DNA of 64,000 nucleotides from Candidatus Eiseniibacteriota bacterium (GTDB lineage Bacteria; Eisenbacteria; RBG-16-71-46): NCBI GenBank assembly GCA_044223005.1, contig JBGAML010000008.1, positions 111,962 to 175,961 of the forward strand, read 5' to 3'. Shown piece by piece: positions 9,848 to 17,636 of this stretch (position 1 is its first letter; each line of letters starts with the position of its first letter). The notes under the pieces were generated by a model. It saw only the letters and a program-made list of their open reading frames with translations, ran no database searches and was not told where the DNA came from. The position numbers and the translations under genes were made by a program.

Positions 9848-11029
9848 ATGCCTCCTGCCCGGATGCTCCACGGGTTCGCCCGTACCGCCCTGCTGCTGCT
9901 GATCGTCTCCGGCCCCGCGAACGCCGGGCCCCGGCCGGTCGAAGATCCGCTCGCGCGAGCTGTCGCGGACGCCGTCGCGCCGGTCATGGCGAAGGACGGG
10001 ATCCCGGGCGTCGCGGTCGCCGTCACGCAGTCGGGGCGAATCCGGGTATTCGATTTCGGCGCCGCCTCGCGCGAGTCCGGCGCGCCGGTGACCGAGCGAA
10101 CGCTGTTCGAGGTGGGCTCGGTGACCAAGACGCTCACCGCCACGCTGGCCAGCTGGGCGCAGGTGAGCGGCCGGCTGTCACTCTCCGATTCGGTCGCGCG
10201 TTGGTTGCCATCGCTCGCAGGGACGTCGTTCGGCGGCGTGCAGCTCCGCCATCTCGCCACGCACACGCCGGGCGGCCTGCCGCTCCAGGTGCCCGATACG
10301 GTGAGCGACGAAGCGCGGCTTATGGAGTACTTCGCGCGCTGGACGCCGGAGTATCCGCCCGGCACTCGCCGGACCTACTCCAATCCCGGCATCGGCGCGC
10401 TCGGCGTGATCGCCGCTCGGAGCTTCGACGGAGCCTTCATTCCGCTCGTGCAGGAACGGCTGCTCCCGGCGCTCGGGATGCACGACAGCTTCCTCGAGGT
10501 CCCGGAAGACCGGCAGGCCGACTACGCACAGGGTTATGCCGCGGACGGCACGCCGGCACGCCTGGCTCCTGGCGTTCTCTGGGCGCAGGCGTACGGACTC
10601 CGGACGACGGCGGCGGACATGGCTCGCTTCGTCGCGGCGAACATGGGCGACGCGCCGGCGCTCGATCCGGAACTCCAGCGCGCCATCGTCGGCACGCACA
10701 CCGGCTACTTCGCCGACGGCCCGATGACGCAGGACCTGGTCTGGGAGCAGTACGCATACCCGGTCGGGCTGCGCGCGCTGCTGCGGGGCAACGGCCCCGC
10801 GATGATCTTCGATCCGACGCCGGTCGCCGAGTTGCGCCCGCCGGCGCAGCCTCGCGCCGACGTGTGGATCAACAAGACCGGTTCCACGCGCGGCTTCAGC
10901 GCCTACGTGGCGTTCGTGCCGGTGCGGCACGCCGGCGTCGTCCTGATGGCCAACAGGAACATCCCGATCGAGGACCGCGTCCGCATCGTGTACGCCATCC
11001 TGCGGACCCTGACCGAGCCGGTGCGCTGA
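9848..11029 (+). CDS. ampC: Class C beta-lactamase (AmpC-like, 393 aa)
   Basis: Signal peptide; FEVGSVTK (SxxK), YSN, INKTGST (KTG); also LATHTPGGLPLQVPD, AYGLRTT, QDLVWEQY, which are typical of class C enzymes. Confidence 0.85.
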   Translation: MPPARMLHGFARTALLLLIVSGPANAGPRPVEDPLARAVADAVAPVMAKDGIPGVAVAVTQSGRIRVFDFGAASRESGAPVTERTLFEVGSVTKTLTATLASWAQVSGRLSLSDSVARWLPSLAGTSFGGVQLRHLATHTPGGLPLQVPDTVSDEARLMEYFARWTPEYPPGTRRTYSNPGIGALGVIAARSFDGAFIPLVQERLLPALGMHDSFLEVPEDRQADYAQGYAADGTPARLAPGVLWAQAYGLRTTAADMARFVAANMGDAPALDPELQRAIVGTHTGYFADGPMTQDLVWEQYAYPVGLRALLRGNGPAMIFDPTPVAELRPPAQPRADVWINKTGSTRGFSAYVAFVPVRHAGVVLMANRNIPIEDRVRIVYAILRTLTEPVR

Positions 11030-11145
11030 TCCGGCGGGTTGCCTTCCGCCCGCGCCGGGCGCAGGCTCGTGCACGTCCCCCATGGTGGGCGGCCGCACGC
11101 ATGCCCGGCCGGGCGGCGCGAGGCACCCTTCGGAGCGAGGCTCCC

Positions 11146-11913
11146 GTGAAGGGAAGGTGGATTCGCTGGTTCCTGCTGTCGGCACTGGCGGCGTGGTTCG
11201 CGATCGGGGTCGATGGCTGCAGCCTGATCATGATGGGCACCGGCGCGGCGATGGATGCGGGCAAGCCGCGCTGGCAGCAGGTGCGCGCGAGCGACCTCGT
11301 GCGAGTGGACGTCGGCATGCGCGTGTCCGTGCTGCTCCGCGACAGCACGCGAGTGGCGGGTTTCTACCGCGGACCGGTCGCGGTGCCGGACAGCGAGTAC
11401 GCGACGCAGTACAGGGCGTGGCGCGCCCGCGACCCCCGCGGCCAGGCGTTCCCCGAACTCGGCGAGAAGGTGCGCCTCGATCCCGGGTCGAAGGGCATCT
11501 TCCAGGGCTTCTCGGCCTCCGGCATCCGGATCGGACCTCCCGGCCACATCTACCCGTCCGACCTCGTCCCGGGGGGCTCGATCGAGCGGCGTGACGGCAC
11601 CCGACTCGCCATGGACACCGTCCGCGAACTCGCATTCGAGGGCGTGCTGCCGATCGGCACGATGATCCGGATCGAGACGCCCGAGGGCGAGCGCCGCGTC
11701 CGCGTCGAAGAGGTCGCGTGGATCGAAGGGCCCACTTACCGGCACGCGGCGCGCAACGGCTTCATCGCCGGAGTCATGGTCGACGCGCTGATCGTCGCAG
11801 TCATCGCGAGCCAGCCGGAAGAGACCGTGAACCCGCAGTGCCAGGACAACGGGGACTGGGGCCACTTCCTCCTGATGCGCACGCCGGCGCACGCGCCACC
11901 CGGTCGTTTCTGA
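11146..11913 (+). CDS. Hypothetical lipoprotein with C-terminal TM helix (255 aa)
   Basis: GTG start after GAGG; signal ...GVDG-C; LRDSTRVAGFY and RRDGTRL; C-terminal GFIAGVMVDALIVAVI. Confidence 0.7.
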   Translation: MKGRWIRWFLLSALAAWFAIGVDGCSLIMMGTGAAMDAGKPRWQQVRASDLVRVDVGMRVSVLLRDSTRVAGFYRGPVAVPDSEYATQYRAWRARDPRGQAFPELGEKVRLDPGSKGIFQGFSASGIRIGPPGHIYPSDLVPGGSIERRDGTRLAMDTVRELAFEGVLPIGTMIRIETPEGERRVRVEEVAWIEGPTYRHAARNGFIAGVMVDALIVAVIASQPEETVNPQCQDNGDWGHFLLMRTPAHAPPGRF

Positions 11914-11940
11914 CGCGAGCGCCTCTGCTCCCGAACGCAC

Positions 11941-11971
11941 ACCGCCCGGCGGGGATCTCCCGCCGGGCGGT
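11941..11971. terminator. 13-bp perfect hairpin between convergent genes
   Basis: ACCGCCCGGCGGG-GATCT-CCCGCCGGGCGGT followed by TTC. Confidence 0.6.
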
Positions 11972-12026
11972 TTCGCGTACGGCCTCATCGGTGGCGCGGC
12001 GGGGGCGCCGCGCGCCGAGTTCCTTC

Positions 12027-13682
12027 TCAGCGCCGCCGCGAATGGTACGCGACCGACTGCGGACGGTTCGCCAGTTCGGTGCGCAAATCGCAGGTGAACT
12101 CGTAGTCGGACGCGTAGATGTGCACGGTGTGCGTGGTGGCCTGGCTGAAGTCTCCCGCCGTCAGCGAGAGTTGCCCGACGGCCGTCGGATCGTTGGCGCA
12201 CAAACCGGGCTCGGCATCGAGCACGTACGCCAGCAGCCGCAGCGACGCCAGGTCGTAGTTGTAGTGCTCGGCGTCGAACTCCAGCACGACCGATGTGCCG
12301 CAGAGGTGGTCGTCGCCGTCGTTCATCTGGTGGCCGTAGCCGCTGCCCCAGTACTCGTAGACGATCGTGTCGGCCTTGCAGGTGGTCTCGGCGATATCGC
12401 CGGCGGATTTGTGCTGCAGGCCGTTCGCGGTGAGTGCCAGGTGCACGATCTCGAGCACGTCGTCGCCGCAGTCGTCCGCGGCCCACACGCAATGGAATTT
12501 GTCCGCGATGATCCGCACCATCTGCTGCAGCCGGATGATCTGCGTGATCGAGTACTGCGAGGTGAGCGTGACCGCCGCCAGCGTGTTGTCGGAAAGGTAG
12601 CGGAACTTGTAGAGCAGCGGCACGCCGGGTGACGCGGTCCCGAGATGGATGCTCGAGTGCACCACCTCGAGGAAGCCCTCGTATCCGGCTTCGATCCTGT
12701 CCAGGCCCGCCGAGTTGCCGCCGTAGACGACCGTGCGGATCGACGAGTTCGCGAGCACCTTCCGCATCGTGAGCGTGTCGTGCAGCGCGACGTCGAGAAC
12801 GCCTCCGCTGTACGCGGCGTTCAGCGACTGCTTGATGTCGCTCGCGCTGTAGTCGGACTCGATGAAGGTCAACGCCATCATGCCGTAGGTGACGCCCGCC
12901 ACGTACACCGGGCACGAGCCCGCCGGCATCGCGGCCTTCACCTGGTCGAGCGAGTTGGTCGACGCGAAGAGCGCGGCGGGGGAGGCCGGCGTGTCCATGT
13001 CGACCGTATAGTAGAACTGCTGGTACTTGGCGATCAGCTTCGTGCGGTGGCTCGTCGAGTTCCAGTCGAAGTCGGTGCTCGCGCTGCCGCCGCCGTACTT
13101 GAGGTCCGCACCGACGATCAGGTTGAGCTGCGACTCGCTGTAGACCTGCGTCTGCTCGAACTGGGCCCGCGCGGCGTAGTGCGCTCCCGACGTGAGCGCG
13201 CGATTCAGCAGCGCGCTGACTCCTTCACGGACGGTCGAGAGCTTGGGGTCGTTGATCACCTGCGACAGCGAGTCCATCCCGGAGTTCTCGAGATTGATCG
13301 AGAGCGTGATGGGGTTTCGCGTCACGCCGGTGATCGGCGAGTACACGAAATCGTGGAGCTTGTCGCCCTTCACGATGTTGCCGGGGAAGACGATGTCGTC
13401 GTTGAGCCCGAGGTAGGTGATCTCCTCGATGTTCTTCGCCGCGTCGTGCTTGACGGTGATGGTGCGGAACGCACCCGCGTCCACGGAGGTGGAGTCGGTC
13501 ACGACGTCCTTGTCCGCGCTCTTGGGGGGCAGCTTGCCGGCGTTGACGATGACCTGGTTGACGGAGTTCGCGTCGAGCGACTGGGGCGCGACCACGGCGC
13601 TCTTCTTCTTCGAGCAGCCGGACGCGAGAAGCCCGAGCACGCAGAGCCCGAGCAGGACGGAGAGCAGCACCCGCAACTTCAT
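12027..13682 (-). CDS. Thiol-activated-cytolysin family (CDC-like, CDCL) lipoprotein (551 aa)
   Basis: Lipobox LASG-C; DIVFPGNIVKG, RNPITLSI, QVYSESQL, KYQQFYYTVDMDTP, PVYVAGVTYG, YGG hinge, SPGVPLLYKFRYL; no CDC undecapeptide. Confidence 0.85.
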   Translation of the reverse strand: MKLRVLLSVLLGLCVLGLLASGCSKKKSAVVAPQSLDANSVNQVIVNAGKLPPKSADKDVVTDSTSVDAGAFRTITVKHDAAKNIEEITYLGLNDDIVFPGNIVKGDKLHDFVYSPITGVTRNPITLSINLENSGMDSLSQVINDPKLSTVREGVSALLNRALTSGAHYAARAQFEQTQVYSESQLNLIVGADLKYGGGSASTDFDWNSTSHRTKLIAKYQQFYYTVDMDTPASPAALFASTNSLDQVKAAMPAGSCPVYVAGVTYGMMALTFIESDYSASDIKQSLNAAYSGGVLDVALHDTLTMRKVLANSSIRTVVYGGNSAGLDRIEAGYEGFLEVVHSSIHLGTASPGVPLLYKFRYLSDNTLAAVTLTSQYSITQIIRLQQMVRIIADKFHCVWAADDCGDDVLEIVHLALTANGLQHKSAGDIAETTCKADTIVYEYWGSGYGHQMNDGDDHLCGTSVVLEFDAEHYNYDLASLRLLAYVLDAEPGLCANDPTAVGQLSLTAGDFSQATTHTVHIYASDYEFTCDLRTELANRPQSVAYHSRRR

Positions 13683-13764
13683 GGCGGCCTCGCCGGTGGG
13701 GGGGCATGCCGGAGGCGGCGCGTTCGGCGCCGCGAGCGATCGGCCCCGGGAGAGAAGAGAGGGA

Positions 13765-13790
13765 CGAATCGATTGTCTGCAATCGATTCG
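13765..13790. promoter_or_regulatory. Perfect 11-bp inverted repeat (operator-like) upstream of the CDCL gene
   Basis: CGAATCGATTG-TCTG-CAATCGATTCG; AT-rich relative to its surroundings. Confidence 0.55.
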
Positions 13791-13820
13791 CGCCGTCGCC
13801 ATGACGGGTCACGTTCCGGT

Positions 13821-13838
13821 GCATGACGGCCGTCATGC
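13821..13838. promoter_or_regulatory. 18-bp palindrome with a TGA-N6-TCA (Crp/Fnr-type) core
   Basis: GCATGACGGCCGTCATGC, located between the Crp/Fnr gene stop and the CDCL start. Confidence 0.5.
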
Positions 13839-13880
13839 GCGGCGCCCGGTCGCCGGTCCCCCGGGGCGGGCCGACGCCGT

Positions 13881-14582
13881 TCAGCGTTCGCCGGCGTGCC
13901 GGCGGAGGACGGACTCGTTCACCCGCCGGATACGGCGGTGGTCGACGTCGATCGCACCGGCACGCGCGAGCGTGTGCAGCGCGCGCGACAGCGTTTCGAC
14001 GGTGCACCCCACCAGCTGCGCCATGGCTTCGCGCTCCATCGTGAGCACGTCGCCGTCGATCACGGCGCCTTCACCGTCCCCGTCACGGAACCGCCGCTGC
14101 AGGAAGCACGCGATGCGTTGCAGGCTGTGCTGGTGCCCGCGCTCGACGAGCGCCGACTCCATTTCGCGCGACTCGCGCGCGAGGCGCGTGAGCAGCCGCA
14201 TCGCCAGCCCGGCGTTCTCGCGTGCGAGCTGCAGGAACGCCTCCGCGGGAATGGCGCACACGGTCGTGGCTTCGAGCGTCTGCGCGGTGCGCGCGTAGGG
14301 CTGCCCCGAGAGTACGCCGCGCAGGCCGACGAGATCCCCGGGACCGCGGACGCCGGTCACGATCTCCTGCCCGCCGGCGAGCCGGCGGAACAGCTTGAGC
14401 GAGCCGGAGCGCACGCAGTAGACCGCGAGCGAGGGCGTGCCTTCGTGGAAGATGCTTTCGTGCGGGCGGAACGTGTGCGGGGAGACGGCGCCGGAGAGGC
14501 GTAGACGCTGCTCGGCGAGCAGGCAGGGACCCAGCTCTCGCACCGCGCCGGGACACTCGGCGCACGAAGCGACGACGGACAT
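13881..14582 (-). CDS. Crp/Fnr family transcriptional regulator with N-terminal Cys cluster (233 aa)
   Basis: N-terminal CAEC-x9-C; IFHEG...YCVRSGSLKL; GPGDLVG; TVCAIP; HTH with REAMAQLVGCTVETLSR. Confidence 0.9.
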   Translation of the reverse strand: MSVVASCAECPGAVRELGPCLLAEQRLRLSGAVSPHTFRPHESIFHEGTPSLAVYCVRSGSLKLFRRLAGGQEIVTGVRGPGDLVGLRGVLSGQPYARTAQTLEATTVCAIPAEAFLQLARENAGLAMRLLTRLARESREMESALVERGHQHSLQRIACFLQRRFRDGDGEGAVIDGDVLTMEREAMAQLVGCTVETLSRALHTLARAGAIDVDHRRIRRVNESVLRRHAGER

Positions 14583-14760
14583 GGAGGACTCCGCCGCGGC
14601 GCACGTTCGGCGGACCCGAGAGGAGGGGTTCCGGTGGCGTTCGCGCCGCGAGCCCTCATTATAGAGCCGGTGGCGTCGCGTGTCCCCGGGCCCTCCCGGC
14701 GTCCCCTTGCACCCCCGCGGCGTCCTGACGAGAATCCCGCCACCCCCGATCGGAGGCCCC

Positions 14761-15138
14761 GTGCTCAAGCACCTGATGTACTTCGTCGTCATGGCGGGCG
14801 CCATGATGCTGCTCTCGATGTCGCGAATCCTGCCCGGCTTCCAGGTGGACGGCTGGCAGGCGGCCCTGATCGGCGCCGTCGTGCTCGCATTCGCGAACAC
14901 GATCCTCAAGCCGATCCTCTTCCTGCTCACGCTGCCCTTCACGATCGTGACGCTCGGGCTGTTCCTGCTCGTGCTGAACGCGATCATGCTGTGGGTCACC
15001 GCGCGGCTCGTGCCCGGCATCCATCTGCAGGGCGCGTGGACGACGCTGTTTGCCTCGATCCTCCTCTCGCTCGTCGGCGTGACCTGGAAGGCGGTGACGA
15101 AGGAAGAGAAGAAGAAGGGGAAGAAGGACCGGGACTGA
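14761..15138 (+). CDS. Phage-holin-superfamily (YvlD/holin_4_2-like) membrane protein
   Basis: RBS GGAGG + GTG; motif NTILKPILFLLTLPFTIVTLGLFLLVLNA; four TM segments and a basic tail. Confidence 0.85.
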   Translation: MLKHLMYFVVMAGAMMLLSMSRILPGFQVDGWQAALIGAVVLAFANTILKPILFLLTLPFTIVTLGLFLLVLNAIMLWVTARLVPGIHLQGAWTTLFASILLSLVGVTWKAVTKEEKKKGKKDRD

Positions 15139-15314
15139 TCGCTCACCGGCTCCGCCGGCCGGGGCGGCGCCGGGGGCTCGCCCGTGCGAGGGGCCCGGCC
15201 GGGGGCAATGTCCGATCGGCGCGCCGGATATCGCGAAGTCCGATCAGGGGGCCGGCCGGGATCGGCCGCCCCCGATCGATCCCGCACTCGCGCCCCGCGC
15301 CCGAGAGGAGCCCC

Positions 15315-16364
15315 ATGCGTCCCCAATCCCGCGCCTCGCTCGCCTCGTTCCTGTCCGGCGTGCTCCTCCTGGCGGCCCTCGGCTGGCCGGTTCCCGTGGT
15401 GCACGCGGCGCCCGGCAGCGCCTACTACAAGGTCCGCACGCTGCAGAAGTACCAGTACTACTCGTTCGCGGGCGACGCCGTGACGTGGAACGACTTCACG
15501 GTGGAAGGCGCGGTGCTCGCCGGTGCGGCCGGACGCGACACGCTCACGACGGCCGGCACCTACTCGGTGTCCGCGACGTGGAGCTCGGACAGCACGGTGT
15601 TCGACGCCGATCTCGACTCGCGCATCGACATGCTGGCGCGGGTCGGCGCCTACCACCTCCTCACCAACACGCTCACGGTCGACGTGTACGTTCGCGGCGG
15701 CGCCGGGACGCCCTACTGGATCTCGCGCATCCGCAACGGGCAGGCCGACGCGTCGCGGCTCGGCGGGCTTCCCGGGTCGCTCGCACCGCTCAACGGCACC
15801 TCCACGGCGACGTTCACCGACAGCACCGTCACGATGGCCCAGACCGGCGCCGTCTCGGTGCCCATCAACGACACGCTCCTGCTCACGGGCTCGACGACGA
15901 CAACGATCTCGGTGGGCGGAACGACCTATTCGCTCGCGCGATCGCTGGCCTTCCCCGCGAGCGCCTGGGTCACGCAGTCCGTGTGCATCCTCGGATGCAT
16001 GACGGAGGCGGCGACGTTCGACGCGGTGAGTTCGGGCCACGTCCGGCTCGGCGTCTGGTCGGGCACCAGCCCGCTCGACGTGCCGGCGTCGAGCCGCAGC
16101 GCCGGCGTCGCGTACGTGCGTCCGTCGCCGAACCCGGCCCGCGGGCGGCTGACGGTCGCGTTCGGCGCGCCGGCCGGCGTGCCACGGCGACTCGAAGCGT
16201 TCGATCTCTCGGGCCGAAGGGTCGCGCTCCTGCACGACGGGCCCGGCGACGCGCCGGAGGGCACGATCGAGTGGGACACGGCCGGCCTGCGCGCGGGGCT
16301 CTACTTCGTCCGGCTCGTCACCCCAACGGGAGCGCGGACGGCGCGCGTCGTGATCGAAAGCTGA
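15315..16364 (+). CDS. Secreted Thr/Ser-rich beta protein of unknown function with T9SS-CTD-like domain (349 aa)
   Basis: RBS GAGGAG; signal peptide; C-terminus PSPNPARG...FDLSGRRVALL...WDT...AGLYFVRL. Confidence 0.85.
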   Translation: MRPQSRASLASFLSGVLLLAALGWPVPVVHAAPGSAYYKVRTLQKYQYYSFAGDAVTWNDFTVEGAVLAGAAGRDTLTTAGTYSVSATWSSDSTVFDADLDSRIDMLARVGAYHLLTNTLTVDVYVRGGAGTPYWISRIRNGQADASRLGGLPGSLAPLNGTSTATFTDSTVTMAQTGAVSVPINDTLLLTGSTTTTISVGGTTYSLARSLAFPASAWVTQSVCILGCMTEAATFDAVSSGHVRLGVWSGTSPLDVPASSRSAGVAYVRPSPNPARGRLTVAFGAPAGVPRRLEAFDLSGRRVALLHDGPGDAPEGTIEWDTAGLRAGLYFVRLVTPTGARTARVVIES

Positions 16365-16386
16365 GCGTGGACTCGCCGCGCGACGG

Positions 16387-17328
16387 CTACGGCAGTCCGG
16401 CGCCGCGCGCGGCGACCAGGATCGTGTACCACTCCTCGCGATCGAGCTCGATCGCATCGGCGCGCGTGGCGTCGCGGATCCGGTCCGGCTGCACGCTGCC
16501 CACGATCGGCACGATGCCGGCCGGGTGGCGCAGCAGCCACGCGAGGGCGATCACGGCGCGGCTCTCGCCGCGCTCGCCGGCGATCCGGTCGAGCGTCGCG
16601 ACGAGATTTCGCAGCGTGCCGGCGCGCGGATCCTCGGGAGAGGGATCGCCGCCCGCGAGCAGGCCACGCGCGAGCGGGCTCCACGACGTGGGCGTGATGT
16701 GTTCCGCGAGACACTGGTCGAGCGTTCCATCCTCGAACGGCTCCAGGCGGGCGAGGTGGATCTCGACCTGGTGCGCGACGAGGGGCATCGGGCACGCGCG
16801 CTTCAGGGCCTCGAGCGTGGCAGGGCGAAAGTTGCTCACGCCGAACGCCCGGACCTTGCCCGCGCGCTGCAGTTCGTCGAACGCCCCCGCGATCTCGGCG
16901 GGATCGGCCAGGTAGTCGGGGCGATGCAGCATGTAGAGGTCGATCGTGTCGATCCCCAGCCGCTGCAGCGACGCGTCGCAGGAGCGGAGGATGTGCTCGC
17001 GCGAGAAGTCCCACCGTTGCGGCGCGCGCGGCGAGGGCTCGCCGGCCCAGCGGATGCCGCACTTGGTGCCGATCGTCACGCGCTCGCGCATGCCGGCGAC
17101 GTCGCGCAGCACGCGACCGAAGATCTCCTCGGCGAGACCGTTGCCGTAGATGTCGGCGTGATCGAAGTGCGTGTAGCCCGCCTCCCACGCGGCGAGGATC
17201 GCGCGCCGGCCGGTGGCCTCCATGTCGGGCGTGAATCGCGCACGGTCCATGGTGCCACTCGTGCGCATGCAGCCGTAGGCGAGCCGGGTGGAGACGAGCG
17301 GACTGGTGCCGAGCGATTGCGTTTTCAT
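16387..17328 (-). CDS. Aldo/keto reductase (YdhF/YcsN-like)
   Basis: RLAYGCM, FDHADIYG, TKCG, SLQRLGIDTIDLYMLHRPD, GKVRAFGVSNF, WSPLA, AWLLRHP. Confidence 0.9.
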   Translation of the reverse strand: MKTQSLGTSPLVSTRLAYGCMRTSGTMDRARFTPDMEATGRRAILAAWEAGYTHFDHADIYGNGLAEEIFGRVLRDVAGMRERVTIGTKCGIRWAGEPSPRAPQRWDFSREHILRSCDASLQRLGIDTIDLYMLHRPDYLADPAEIAGAFDELQRAGKVRAFGVSNFRPATLEALKRACPMPLVAHQVEIHLARLEPFEDGTLDQCLAEHITPTSWSPLARGLLAGGDPSPEDPRAGTLRNLVATLDRIAGERGESRAVIALAWLLRHPAGIVPIVGSVQPDRIRDATRADAIELDREEWYTILVAARGAGLP

Positions 17329-17558
17329 TCTGGCTCCATCGGGAGGCGTTCGAGCGGAGTGCGAGTGCGTGCGCGGCATGATCGCACACGCGATCGCTCG
17401 TGTTCGCCGTTCGATCGCCGAAGCGCCGCGATCGTCGCGCGAGCCTCGCCGTTCGTGAGCGCGCCGCTGCGCGGGCGCGTTCTCACGTGGGACGATTCAC
17501 GCGTGGCTCGCACCGTTCCGCCCGTTCCCGCGTGCTCTCCCCGGAGAGCCGGTCGCCG

Positions 17559-17583
17559 GGAACTTCCGCCGCGGCGGTGCGTC
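17559..17583 (+). promoter_or_regulatory. ECF-sigma-type promoter candidate (GGAAC-N16-CGTC)
   Basis: GGAAC at 17559-17563 and CGTC at 17580-17583, about 55 bp upstream of the ASST start. Confidence 0.4.
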
Positions 17584-17636
17584 CCTGTCGTGTCCCCTGC
17601 CGTCGTCCGCATCCCACCTGGCCGAAGGACCTGCCC

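Noticed and set aside
14761..15138. Prophage implied by the holin-family gene
   Set aside because: No endolysin, integrase or structural genes nearby; this family is commonly chromosomal.
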